Positions 22,437-32,520 of a stretch of DNA of 64,000 nucleotides are shown piece after piece; within the stretch, counting starts at the first letter, position 1, and each line of letters opens with the position of its first letter. Source of the stretch: Desulfatiglandales bacterium (lineage in GTDB: Bacteria; Desulfobacterota; DSM-4660; Desulfatiglandales; HGW-15). Below the pieces are notes generated by a model. It made no database searches and had not been told where the DNA came from. It saw only the letters and a program-made list of their open reading frames with translations. The stretch lies in NCBI GenBank assembly GCA_963667015.2, contig CAXXJJ010000001.1, forward strand, positions 2,112,001 to 2,176,000, read 5' to 3'. A program made the position numbers and the translations under genes.

Positions 22437-23648
22437 TTATTCTCCCGGTCTTTTGGTTATCTCATTTATTTCCTCCTCACTATAGCCCAGCATGGCCAGA
22501 ACCGATTGGGTGTCCGCGCCATGTACCGGCGAATCCCCGTCTACTCCGGGACCTCCGGTTCCCATAATAAATCCGGCGTTTACAATTTCAGCTTTTCCGC
22601 CCGGTGACGGAGGTAAATCCGGTGGAAGTGATACCGGAATTTTAAGTCCTCGTTGTTTCAGGTGAGGGAGGGAAATCGATTCGCTTACATCCCTTACCAT
22701 ACCGCATGGAATATTAATGGCACTCATGCCGGATTCCCATTCTCCGGCATTGCGGGTTTTTATGACTTCTGCAAGTTCAGCCTTTAAGGCCTCTGAATTG
22801 GCCAGACGCAGATCCGATGTTTCATATCGGGGATCATTAAGCCACTCCTCACGATTCAGATGACGTGCCAGTGCTTCAAACTGCCCCTGCTGAACAACAC
22901 CAAGTGAAATCTTCTTGCCATCAGCTCCCGTAAATAATCCGGTAGTGGGCTGCCCGCTGTATCCTGTATTACCGGTTCGCGGCATCGTCTTACCTGTTAT
23001 TAAAAAAGGTACTACTGCAGAAGTCATAAAGGCAAGGCTCGCATCCAGCATTGCCACATCAATATAGTCTCCCTTACCGGTTGTTTGACGTCTGAACAGC
23101 GCTGCAAGTATTGCAAAGGCCGCCAGTTGCCCTGTAATGGTATCCACTGCCGGAAAACCGACACGCATCCATTCTCCGTCGGCATCACCGCTGAGACTCA
23201 TCATGCCGCTTGTAGCCTGAACAATATTGTCGATTGCCGGCCAGTCTTTCATGGGTCCTGTCTGGCCGTATCCTGATACAGAACAATATACTATGCCGGG
23301 ATTAAGCTCTTTGCATACATCATATCCAAGACCCAGTCGATTTATAACGCCTGGCCTGAAGTTTTCTAAAACCACATCGGAAGTTTCTATCAGTTTTTTT
23401 GCCGCGGCAAGGGCTGCCGGTTTTTTAAGGTCCAGTTCCACAGATTTTTTGCCTGCATTAACGCCAACAAACGCCGGAGACATGCCATCATAACGGCGGT
23501 CGTACCCGTAATAACGCATGGCATCGCCTCGACCCGGCGATTCCACTTTAATAACCTCAGCGCCCAGAAGGCGAAGAAGGTGAGAAGCATATGGGCCCGC
23601 CATCACATGACTAAAATCGGCAATACGGATTCCTTCTAATGGTTGCAT
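22437..23648 (-). CDS. Family III (CaiB/BaiF) CoA-transferase
   Basis: PLEGIRIADFSHVMAGP, LGAEVIKVE, ENFRPG, SGYGQTGP; ATGA overlap with the upstream gene. Confidence 0.93.
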   Translation of the reverse strand: MQPLEGIRIADFSHVMAGPYASHLLRLLGAEVIKVESPGRGDAMRYYGYDRRYDGMSPAFVGVNAGKKSVELDLKKPAALAAAKKLIETSDVVLENFRPGVINRLGLGYDVCKELNPGIVYCSVSGYGQTGPMKDWPAIDNIVQATSGMMSLSGDADGEWMRVGFPAVDTITGQLAAFAILAALFRRQTTGKGDYIDVAMLDASLAFMTSAVVPFLITGKTMPRTGNTGYSGQPTTGLFTGADGKKISLGVVQQGQFEALARHLNREEWLNDPRYETSDLRLANSEALKAELAEVIKTRNAGEWESGMSAINIPCGMVRDVSESISLPHLKQRGLKIPVSLPPDLPPSPGGKAEIVNAGFIMGTGGPGVDGDSPVHGADTQSVLAMLGYSEEEINEITKRPGE

Positions 23649-24685
23649 CAATTTCCTCCACAAATTACAGCATTATTAATTTTAATATTATCCGCTATAC
23701 GTCGTGCCTGACGAAAGACGGCTTCTCCATCGATTCCAAATCTGCTGAGCGCCTTTGCATTTTCAAGCCCGTCAGTTATATATAAATCATCAAATCGTTT
23801 TTGATCGGAGGGTGATATATCGATAAACTTAACACCGCGCCTTCGGCCCTCCTCTTCTCCTGAGATATCGGATTCCACAATTTCTTTTGACATTGCCGCT
23901 TCCCAGACCGGAATCGATGCTTCCAGTATATCACGCTGGGATTCGGATAATGTTTTCCAGCGCTTCAGACCTATGGCTCTGGACGGATATGCTCCTCGAG
24001 GAACATCCAGACGCGTATAGTATTTAGCGACCTCGGCAAAATGCAGTGCCTTAAGGGTATTTAACGGTGCGACCACTCCGTCGATGACTTCTTTTGCAAG
24101 AGCTGAGTATACGTCTCCCATTGGCATACTGATTGGATCGGCACCAAGTTCACGCATCATATTCAGCATCTCCGTGGGCACACGGATTCTCAGGCCTTTC
24201 AGGTCATCCAGACTGCGGACAGGACGGCTGCTTGTCAATATCCCTGCGAGAGTTCCTCCCTGAACTGCCAGAATTTTAAGACCTTTTACTTCCTCTGTAT
24301 ATTCGGGGAAAACAGCTGCCAGACAGCGATATAAATCAACCTGCTGTTCGAAGGTTTTTGCGCCGCTGTAAAAACCTGTCTGTATTCGCAGCAGATGGGT
24401 GTTACCGCGCGAATAGATAGGAGCGATGTAAGCGATATCAGCAACACCGTGCTTTACCTCAAGTAAGGAGTGTTCTGAAGAAATAAGTGCCCCGGACCAG
24501 ATGGGTTTTATACGTATACTTCCTTTTGACTCCTTTTCCACCCACTTCGCCCATGTCTGGTCTGCATGGCTGAAAGGGTGATTGGGACTGTACGGGGAAG
24601 CATATGTAAGCCATGTGGTATCCTGTCGGGCTGAGACAGTACCTGCAGCGAAAAAGCAGATAAATAGCAGCAGAAGAATCTTCAT
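23648..24685 (-). CDS. TRAP transporter substrate-binding protein (DctP)
   Basis: Signal peptide; SLDDLKGLRIR, LGADPISMPMGDVYSAL. Confidence 0.9.
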   Translation of the reverse strand: MKILLLLFICFFAAGTVSARQDTTWLTYASPYSPNHPFSHADQTWAKWVEKESKGSIRIKPIWSGALISSEHSLLEVKHGVADIAYIAPIYSRGNTHLLRIQTGFYSGAKTFEQQVDLYRCLAAVFPEYTEEVKGLKILAVQGGTLAGILTSSRPVRSLDDLKGLRIRVPTEMLNMMRELGADPISMPMGDVYSALAKEVIDGVVAPLNTLKALHFAEVAKYYTRLDVPRGAYPSRAIGLKRWKTLSESQRDILEASIPVWEAAMSKEIVESDISGEEEGRRRGVKFIDISPSDQKRFDDLYITDGLENAKALSRFGIDGEAVFRQARRIADNIKINNAVICGGN

Positions 24686-25968
24686 ATCAGTCCAGCCTTT
24701 CTCAAAAAATCGGCAACATAATTGACCATCTGTTCATGGTTCCATTCTTTTGCATCAACCATATCTGCATCCAGCAGTAAAGTAGGTATACCGGCATCCT
24801 CCAGGGCGAATCGTGTAAGCTTGATGCCGCTCTGGGAAGCGCGATTTTTAGGCGGCATAAGCATGACTGCTGCATCAATTCCGCAGCGTTCTGCTTCACT
24901 GATTATCCAGCTGTTCATAAATGGCGGCAGGTGCAGTGATTCATTTATGGAGCAGATTCGGCTTGCCAGCGCATGCATAGGCCTGTCTTTAATTGCGCGA
25001 ATATACTGGGGTCGGGCAAAGGGCATATACATTGACCATACAAACACAGCACCATAGAGTTCTTCCAGTGCGTTATAGAATCCCGGATCATGCCACAGTC
25101 CGGCACCGATCCACATCAGGCGAATTCGTTCGTTATCACTGACACCGATTCCTGCCTTTACACGGGAGGCAACTTCATCCCTAAATTTTTTGGCATGGGC
25201 CACTGCCCAGTCAGATCCTCTGTGCCACTGTGGAATCATTGTATTGGGCATCTGATCAGCAATAGTAACCGGACAGGGACGGGCACTTCCAATCATGCTG
25301 GAGGCCTCTGCAATGTATGTCTCCTGTTCGTTTATTCGTTCCATAAGTGTCATGAGTTTTTCTTCACTGAAGCGTCGTCCGGTTTTTTCTTCCAGAATGG
25401 CTATTAACTCACGCATTTCTGATACCATTAATTCAATACGATGGGACTGGTACACCTTATCCCAGTGTTCATTAGAGTTCTCGAACCATTTGGTATCGTG
25501 ATTGGTCCAGGCCGGGGCTTCAAAAGGAAAAAAATCCGTATCCAGAGCCTCTGCCCATTGTCCGAATACGTGCTGAAGACAGTCGCATGTCAAACGGGCC
25601 ACCAGCGCAATTGGTTTGGGGAGTCCTCCCCAGGGAGCCGTCTCAGGATCATTGGCAAGAGTACAGGCAAATCCCAGAGAACAATAGCGACAGCTGTTGC
25701 CTGGATATCCGTATTCATCCATAACACTGAAATAGCGTGTGGAAAGCTGTTTTGCAGAAATATATGCAGCCCACCATTGATTTGAAATCATCAGAATATC
25801 CATAACATGAAATATTTCATGGGGAGTATCGGCCTGGGCGAGTACAAAGGGTTCTCCCTTTTCAATAACACGCTGCTTCAACTCCGATACGAACTGCCGC
25901 TGAAAAGAGGTAGCTTCCTTTGTGCATTGTAAATCTTTGCGGCTTCGATGCCCTGAATTTTTACTCAT
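24682..25968 (-). CDS. 2-hydroxyacyl-CoA dehydratase (HGD-D) family subunit
   Basis: CRYCSLG, PWGGLPKP, TCDC, LEEKTGRRFSEEKL, GIPTLLLDADMVD. Confidence 0.85.
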   Translation of the reverse strand: MSKNSGHRSRKDLQCTKEATSFQRQFVSELKQRVIEKGEPFVLAQADTPHEIFHVMDILMISNQWWAAYISAKQLSTRYFSVMDEYGYPGNSCRYCSLGFACTLANDPETAPWGGLPKPIALVARLTCDCLQHVFGQWAEALDTDFFPFEAPAWTNHDTKWFENSNEHWDKVYQSHRIELMVSEMRELIAILEEKTGRRFSEEKLMTLMERINEQETYIAEASSMIGSARPCPVTIADQMPNTMIPQWHRGSDWAVAHAKKFRDEVASRVKAGIGVSDNERIRLMWIGAGLWHDPGFYNALEELYGAVFVWSMYMPFARPQYIRAIKDRPMHALASRICSINESLHLPPFMNSWIISEAERCGIDAAVMLMPPKNRASQSGIKLTRFALEDAGIPTLLLDADMVDAKEWNHEQMVNYVADFLRKAGLI

Positions 25969-28172
25969 TTGAATACTCCCATGGACTCAAGTTCAGCAAT
26001 CCGCGAATCCGAAAGTCCCGCCAGATCCTTTGCTATGATTTTTGAGTGTTCACCGATGCCAGGCGCCCGAAACATCTCAATATCGCTTCTCGAAAACCGC
26101 ATTGGTGTTCGAATATGACCGAATTCTCCCAGCAGCTGGTGTTCTATGGGAAAAAGAGGGCATCTCGCTTTGATCTGGGGATCTGTTTCAAGAACGTCTT
26201 CAATATCCTGAACTGCTCCTGCGGCAATCCCTGCCTGCTGCATCCGGGCTACAAGAGATGTTTCTGATTCTTTGCATGTCCAGGCCGAGATGACACTGTC
26301 ACGCGACTCGGCGCTATCGGCCTGAGGAAGGGCAGCAAGTTCACGAAGACACTCCCAGTTTTCTTCTGTTTTCAGACTGATCGCTACCCATCGATCTTCT
26401 CCCTGTGCAGGGTATACCCCCTGGTGGAAGAGGGCAGGGTCACTGTTACCCATGCGCTGAATTTTTTTGCCCCGCTGTGCATCGAGGATTGCATCATACA
26501 TCTGCTGGACACAGATTTCATACATGGATGCATCGATATACGCACCATAACCTGTATCACGTCGGTGCTGCAGTGCTGCAGCCACCGTAGCCGCCATGGT
26601 ATAGGGAACGATGACATCCCCAAAGGGTGCAGCAGGGATTACAGGATCACGGTCCGGCCAGCCGGTCATGTATGTACGGCCCGATAGTGCGGCACCCGTT
26701 CCGTCAATTCCCCATTCCTGAGCAAACGGGCCTGTCTGACCGTATACGCTGCCTGATACCATCACGAGACCCGGATTTGTTTTCTGTAAAGTGGCATAAT
26801 CCAGGCCCAGCTTGGCCATTGTACCGGGCGAAAAGTTTTCCACCACCACATCAGCCCACTTTATCAGAGGATCAAGAACTTCCCGGCTTTCAGGTTTTTT
26901 CATGTCAAGAGCCAGGCTGAACTTGGAACTGTTCAGATGAGCAAACATTGGTTTGTCATTGAAATTGCCTGTTTCCGATACAGACACCTGAACATCTATC
27001 CTCGAAAGGCATGGCCTTGTTCGGGATTCAACCTTGATAATCTCGGCGCCCAGATCTCCAAGTGTCTTGGTGGTGATGGAGCCAACAAGAGCCCAGGAAA
27101 AATCCAGTACCCTCACACCCTTCAAGGGGCCGTTTCTTTTTTCTCCGATACTTCCCGGAGTATTATCAATATCCATCTTTTGTCCGGCAGGCCTGGTTTT
27201 TAACCTGTTTTCAGCGGCGTTAATCTTAAGAAACCTTGAGGGTTTTCGAATCCCGGACTCTTCCTTCCAGAATCCTCTTGCCTCCAGATGCGGTTCAAAA
27301 GGAACATCTCCCGGTTCTGCGGTCACTGTTGCATTGATGCCGCGTCTTCTGCCTTCTTCTGCAATTTCACGCCTGGTGCGTGTCCTGAAAAAGGCCTCCA
27401 TAGCCTTTTCCCATTCAGCTCGAATGGCAGGATCCAGAGTCGCCCGGTTATATTTCAGCCAGTCGGTGTCACGAAGCGGATTGGGAAGCCCGGCTTCATC
27501 GATCCAGTCGCTCAATGCCTTGTTGGCAGGAGCACCGAAGCGACCGGTCATGAGGGAATGGAAGCACCAGCCATCGGAGAGCGGCCAGATATATCGAACA
27601 ATGGCCTTGCCAAAATTTATCGATCCTCCAACTCGGTGTATCTTTCGACGGTCAAATTGCCACACTGTCACGCTGTTGATCTGGCGGGATAATGCAACCT
27701 CCTGTATGGATACATCTACATGCTGACCAAGTCCGCTGATCCCCCTTTCATAGTGGGCTGTAAGTGCGCCGGAAGCGGCAACCATGTCGGCGTGAAAGCT
27801 GCAGGCATTCAATGCTTCCTTAACCGGAGCACGGTCCGGGTCACCGGTCAGCCTTAAATTTCCTGAAACGGCCGAAGCAACCAGTTCACTGCCTTCCCAG
27901 TCTGCGCAGGGACCTTCACTGCCAAAGGTCGTAACGGAAACATGTATTAACCCGGGTGAAGATTGTTCTATAAAGTCGCGCTGCAGGCCTTTTTCAGCCA
28001 GCTTCGACAGGCCCAGCTGTTCAATGAAAAAGGATGCTTCGGTAATAATTTCACGAATATTATCCAGTGATACTTTAACGATGTCGGCTCCGAGCGATGA
28101 CAGAAAACGAGCAAGTGCGCCTTCGGCAGCATCGTCAAGTGCCAGTACACGATGTCCGTGTAAAAAAGTCAT
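25965..28172 (-). CDS. Fused tandem family III CoA-transferase
   Basis: Two CaiB/BaiF modules (SLGADIVKV...GLGQHVDVS; GPLKGVRVLDFSW...ENFSPG...SVYGQTGP). Confidence 0.9.
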   Translation of the reverse strand: MTFLHGHRVLALDDAAEGALARFLSSLGADIVKVSLDNIREIITEASFFIEQLGLSKLAEKGLQRDFIEQSSPGLIHVSVTTFGSEGPCADWEGSELVASAVSGNLRLTGDPDRAPVKEALNACSFHADMVAASGALTAHYERGISGLGQHVDVSIQEVALSRQINSVTVWQFDRRKIHRVGGSINFGKAIVRYIWPLSDGWCFHSLMTGRFGAPANKALSDWIDEAGLPNPLRDTDWLKYNRATLDPAIRAEWEKAMEAFFRTRTRREIAEEGRRRGINATVTAEPGDVPFEPHLEARGFWKEESGIRKPSRFLKINAAENRLKTRPAGQKMDIDNTPGSIGEKRNGPLKGVRVLDFSWALVGSITTKTLGDLGAEIIKVESRTRPCLSRIDVQVSVSETGNFNDKPMFAHLNSSKFSLALDMKKPESREVLDPLIKWADVVVENFSPGTMAKLGLDYATLQKTNPGLVMVSGSVYGQTGPFAQEWGIDGTGAALSGRTYMTGWPDRDPVIPAAPFGDVIVPYTMAATVAAALQHRRDTGYGAYIDASMYEICVQQMYDAILDAQRGKKIQRMGNSDPALFHQGVYPAQGEDRWVAISLKTEENWECLRELAALPQADSAESRDSVISAWTCKESETSLVARMQQAGIAAGAVQDIEDVLETDPQIKARCPLFPIEHQLLGEFGHIRTPMRFSRSDIEMFRAPGIGEHSKIIAKDLAGLSDSRIAELESMGVFK

Positions 28173-29266
28173 AACGTGTCTCCCAAACTTTTAGTAAAAG
28201 AAATGATTTCGTCCAATGCGCCATCGGATGCATCCCAGTTCCTGCGCACAAGGGAAAGGAACGGGATATCAGCGGCTTCCAGTGTTTTTATTTGAGCGGG
28301 TACATCCCATACCAGCGTTTCTTCCTCCTCAATAAGCCATTGAATAACACCGTCTGCTTCTGCATCCTGAGCAAAGGAGAGTGTAAGCCGGCTGCGGTCC
28401 ACAAATGAGCGTGTACCATGATTCAGAGAGTAGTAGTGTCCCGTAATATCGGAAATCGTTCCTCCCTCCTGTATTAAAGGCATCTGAGCCCCAAAGGAGG
28501 GGAAGCTTCCGAATTCCGATATGACATTACCCCCGCCTTTTTCTACAGCACGATGCAATCGTTCATCTGGCGGTGCTGTACCGCAAAGCAGCAGTCCGGG
28601 TCCCGGAATTCGAGTATTGCTCCGGTTTTTGTCCAGCCAGTCAGAAAGCTCTGTATCAAAGCTTTCGGCATCGCAGAGATCTGATGTCCTATAGATGCGG
28701 TCAATGAAACTGCCCTGCAGGTTGCGTTGTCTGATTCTGGCCCTGTTCAACGCATCAAACAGCGACCTGCGCCGGTTGCGCAGAGAAATTGCCTTTGACA
28801 AATCTGCTTCTATAGTGCCAATTTTGCCTGCAAGTCTACGGGTCGACTGTTCACTGTATAACCGGCTGGTTTCTCGCGGTATTTTTGCGAGGTCGTAAAT
28901 CAATGGTTCCGGTCCACTTACCCCTTTGCTTCTGCGCAGCTCACACAGATAGTAGTACAGGCGCTGGGCACTGTCATTGCTTCGCGGCAGAATGATATAC
29001 CTGAGAAAATCAAGGTTTCCCTCTAAATAATGATCGGTAAGGACCCGTACAAAGGGTTCAAAACTCTCCTCAAGATACTTATCAGCGAGTTTTGAGTCAG
29101 AAGGCATAAGACCCGACAGCTGAAGGGGCATGGCACCTGCTGCGATTATCAGTTCAACAGGAATCTCGTAACCCGCATAACCGATAACCTTACCACCTTC
29201 CTGATAATGACTACGCCCTGAAGCCAGGGGATCATGAAGCGTTTTTGTAATTAATTTTTCAAGCAT
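28169..29266 (-). CDS. 2-hydroxyacyl-CoA dehydratase family subunit (divergent)
   Basis: GGKVIGY...IPVELIIAAGAMP N-terminus typical of HgdB/BcrC-like subunits; ADGVI near the C-terminus. Confidence 0.75.
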   Translation of the reverse strand: MLEKLITKTLHDPLASGRSHYQEGGKVIGYAGYEIPVELIIAAGAMPLQLSGLMPSDSKLADKYLEESFEPFVRVLTDHYLEGNLDFLRYIILPRSNDSAQRLYYYLCELRRSKGVSGPEPLIYDLAKIPRETSRLYSEQSTRRLAGKIGTIEADLSKAISLRNRRRSLFDALNRARIRQRNLQGSFIDRIYRTSDLCDAESFDTELSDWLDKNRSNTRIPGPGLLLCGTAPPDERLHRAVEKGGGNVISEFGSFPSFGAQMPLIQEGGTISDITGHYYSLNHGTRSFVDRSRLTLSFAQDAEADGVIQWLIEEEETLVWDVPAQIKTLEAADIPFLSLVRRNWDASDGALDEIISFTKSLGDTL

Positions 29267-29268
29267 AA

Positions 29269-30576
29269 TTATTGTCCTAGTGCAGCCGGCAACCATGTTA
29301 CGGTTGCAGGGATAAATATAAGCAGCAGAAGATGTACAAAATCCGAGGCTAGAAATGGAAGTACACCTTTAAAAATTCGGCTCAGTGATACATCTTTGGC
29401 AATATTATTAATAATAAACAGATTCATTCCGATAGGAGGGTGTATAAATCCCATTTCCATGGCACGTACTAGGAAAATGCCAAACCATATTGGTGTCATT
29501 CCCATATCCTGGATGATGGGTAAAAAGATCGGCGTAGTCAGGAGCATCAACGCAAGACCGTCCAGTATTGAACCAAGCAGCAGCAGCACACCGGTGATAA
29601 TTAAAAGTGAGACTATTGGACTGTTCCCGGTAAAGAGAAGCAGGTGCGCAACATCTTCCGCCAGTCCCGTTAGACTGATAAATACGGAAAATATCAATGC
29701 ACCTATAACTACTATATAAATCATGCCGCTGGTACGCAGCGTTTCTTTCAATGCTTTGCTGAGTGAAGACCAGTTCAGCTGTTTTCGCCATGCGCATAAC
29801 AGCAGGGCACCGACAGATCCAACGGATGCTGCTTCAGGCGGGGAAAACCAGCCAAGTGCTATACCGCCTATTACCAGTAATACAAGCAGACTGATGTCTG
29901 CAATTCGTAACAGTGATGCACGGCGTTCCGCCCAGCTTGCCTTTTCAGTTGGAGGCGCCAGCCAGGGTTTGAAATGACAGAGAACTATGACTGCCATGCA
30001 ATAAAGGAAAGCCTGGGTTATGGCGGGAATGATGGCAGCTGTAAACAGTTTACCGATGGACTGCTCTGCAATGATGCCGAACACAATCAGTGCTCCGGAA
30101 GGCGGTACTATTTGCCCGAGAGTTCCTCCCGCAGCCACTGTGCCGGTCGCAAGGGCGTCTGAGTAACCGCGTTTGCGCATCTCGGGCAGCGCGACCAGAC
30201 CGATAGTCGCTGCAGTGGCAAGGCTTGAACCGCTGATGGTTCCAAAACCTGCACAACCGCCTATGGATGCCAGAGCCAGGCCTCCCCTTTTATGACCGAA
30301 CATGCTCGCTGCCGCGTCAAAAAAATCCCTGCTGGCATTTGCTGTAAAACACACATGGGCCATTAGAAAAAACAGTGGCAGAACTCCCAATTCATAGCGT
30401 GACAGAGTTTCAAACAGTATAACACCGGATTTGATCAAAGCCGGTTCAAGACCGAGAGTCAATATCAAACCACCGATACCCACAGTACCCAGCGCTACAC
30501 CGATGGGCATGCCCAGTAACAGCATCAAAATCAATACTATTACACCTGTTAAGCCCAGAACAGGAGAACTATTCAT
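29269..30576 (-). CDS. TRAP transporter large permease (DctM)
   Basis: FGTISGSS, LPEMRKRGY, GGTLGQIVPPS, HPPIGMNLF. Confidence 0.93.
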   Translation of the reverse strand: MNSSPVLGLTGVIVLILMLLLGMPIGVALGTVGIGGLILTLGLEPALIKSGVILFETLSRYELGVLPLFFLMAHVCFTANASRDFFDAAASMFGHKRGGLALASIGGCAGFGTISGSSLATAATIGLVALPEMRKRGYSDALATGTVAAGGTLGQIVPPSGALIVFGIIAEQSIGKLFTAAIIPAITQAFLYCMAVIVLCHFKPWLAPPTEKASWAERRASLLRIADISLLVLLVIGGIALGWFSPPEAASVGSVGALLLCAWRKQLNWSSLSKALKETLRTSGMIYIVVIGALIFSVFISLTGLAEDVAHLLLFTGNSPIVSLLIITGVLLLLGSILDGLALMLLTTPIFLPIIQDMGMTPIWFGIFLVRAMEMGFIHPPIGMNLFIINNIAKDVSLSRIFKGVLPFLASDFVHLLLLIFIPATVTWLPAALGQ

Positions 30577-31075
30577 GATCCCTGTTCTCCTTATTATTTT
30601 TGATACGTCTAAGAAAATTCAGCATCACAGCAAGCATGGAAATGATGCATATAATCCGTAAAGGAGCATAAGGGATATGCAACACTTCACTTTCTTCATA
30701 GCCATTCCGAAGATCCAGGAAAATCCAGATACTGCCTGCTGTAAGTAAACAAAAAAACAAGGCGCTGAACAGTGACTGGAGATGCTCCAGCCAGATCCTG
30801 GGGCGGCCTTTCAGTCGGTCAGTCAGGATACGAACCTTTACATGTTTTTTTGCAAGGGTCGCCGATAGTATCGCACTTGAAGCGGCTATCAGAATAGCCG
30901 CCTGAACCATCTCGATAGATCCCCAGAGCGGCAAACCTATATGTCTGCCCAGGACAGCAATAGTGTCTGCTCCCATTGCAAATAATAATGCTGCTGCTCC
31001 AAGGTAAAAGAGGCATTTTTCTCCCCGGCGCGCTGGTTTTTGATCAGGATCACTGACTTCATCTGAATTTTTCAT
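30569..31075 (-). CDS. TRAP transporter small permease (DctQ)
   Basis: Four hydrophobic segments, HVKVRIL motif, directly upstream of dctM. Confidence 0.85.
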   Translation of the reverse strand: MKNSDEVSDPDQKPARRGEKCLFYLGAAALLFAMGADTIAVLGRHIGLPLWGSIEMVQAAILIAASSAILSATLAKKHVKVRILTDRLKGRPRIWLEHLQSLFSALFFCLLTAGSIWIFLDLRNGYEESEVLHIPYAPLRIICIISMLAVMLNFLRRIKNNKENRDHE

Positions 31076-32181
31076 GAAACCACCACTATATCTTTTTGAT
31101 TGTTCATGGATAGTTGCGGAAGGCCCGCTTTTACAGTAATTTCTGCCACGTATTTAATGATTTCCTTTGCTTTTCTCCTGTCAGCGATCACAGGACGACC
31201 TGGAGGTTCCACATAAACAGGAATAAATCCTGCTTCAATCCCGCCACTATTATAAAAGCGTACACATCCGAGCATACTGTTTACTGCCTGTGGATGAAAG
31301 GGTGCGAGATAATATTCGGGATCTGGTTCGAATCCAAATAACTCTTTTCGTTTCAAGGCCCAGTCAGCGCGTAAAGGATGGTCCTGATGGGGACTGAGTG
31401 CACGTGTTACGACGCAGCCGTTGCCCAATCCGTGAAAAATCGGTTTTTCCCTGTATATTTCTATGCCTCTGATAATGTGGGCATGATGACTGATGACAAT
31501 ATCAGCCCCCGCATCGATAGCTGCATGGGCAACCGGTTGCTCATATGGTGCAAGAAGGCCTGGTGTATGTACAATGCCCTTATGCAGCGCAACTATAAGG
31601 ATGTCTGCATTCTCTTTGGCTGAAATGATATCCTGCTGCATTGAGCAGAGTGAATCTAATGATACTTTTTCAAGGGGTGCAGAAGGTGTAACAGGGGCTC
31701 CGTTGACAGTATCGACCTTTACATAGGCAACTCCTGCAGTTGTTTCTGTTGCCCAGCCCTGTTCCGGGCCGACACAGTTATAGCTGAGTATTGAAATTCG
31801 CTTTTTGGAAACTGAAAGAACCGCCGGGCGGCGTGCTTCGTTCAGATCAACACCTGCGCCGCAACACGCCATGCCCAGCCGGTTCACCCCCCCCTTTGTG
31901 TCAATAATTCCTTCCTCACCGCAGTCGGACATATGATTGCCGGCAAGGGTGAGTGCGCTAAATCCAGCCTTAAACAGGGCAGCCAGATGATCCGGGTCAG
32001 CGCCGGGCGCCGGTATATCCCCATTCAATTCCATTGAGCTTCTGGTATGGGGAACTTCCAGATGGCCGACCGCCAGATCAGAGTTTTTCAGAGCCGGAGC
32101 AATACCGCTTAACCAATACTCGGGATCAGGCTCATCGAGAACCAAATCACCGGAAAATATAATTTCCAGAAAGTTCACCAT
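31072..32181 (-). CDS. CapA-family (PGA_cap) metallophosphoesterase-fold protein
   Basis: GD, GHLEVP, LAGNHMSD, ALHKG, IDAGADIVISHHAH, HGLGN; no signal peptide. Confidence 0.88.
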   Translation of the reverse strand: MVNFLEIIFSGDLVLDEPDPEYWLSGIAPALKNSDLAVGHLEVPHTRSSMELNGDIPAPGADPDHLAALFKAGFSALTLAGNHMSDCGEEGIIDTKGGVNRLGMACCGAGVDLNEARRPAVLSVSKKRISILSYNCVGPEQGWATETTAGVAYVKVDTVNGAPVTPSAPLEKVSLDSLCSMQQDIISAKENADILIVALHKGIVHTPGLLAPYEQPVAHAAIDAGADIVISHHAHIIRGIEIYREKPIFHGLGNGCVVTRALSPHQDHPLRADWALKRKELFGFEPDPEYYLAPFHPQAVNSMLGCVRFYNSGGIEAGFIPVYVEPPGRPVIADRRKAKEIIKYVAEITVKAGLPQLSMNNQKDIVVVS

Positions 32182-32373
32182 TAAAAGACCATAGGAAAAA
32201 ATTACGTTATTTAAGCAGATCTTAAATATACAGTCAGGAGTGTCTCCTTGTGGTATTCATGTCTCATTGTTTGCAGGGAACTTTGTGATATTGCTTAACA
32301 GATGCAAAGTTCTGAGTCAGTGGATAACATGTTGAGACTTTTGTTTCCTATTAAATCTATAACTGTTACTTAT

Positions 32374-32387
32374 GTATATAGGTATAC
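32374..32387. promoter_or_regulatory. Putative GntR/HutC operator GTATATAGGTATAC upstream of the CapA-TRAP operon
   Basis: Near-palindrome shared with sites at 33368, 34595 and 47376. Confidence 0.65.
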
Positions 32388-32520
32388 CAATGGCTTAATT
32401 GTGTCAATATATTATTTAAGAATATCTGAAGGGAAGACGACAGTCGGGCTTGGAATTAAAAGGCAGGAATATCAATCGGTTAAGATGCTATTGAAATTAA
32501 TCATGTGATCCTGATTACTT

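Noticed and set aside
24682..29266. Class I benzoyl-CoA reductase
   Set aside because: No BcrA/BcrD ATPase subunits or ring-cleavage genes in the window; Cys ligands look degenerate
31072..32181. Poly-gamma-glutamate capsule locus
   Set aside because: No capB/capC, no membrane anchor, and a catabolic gene context
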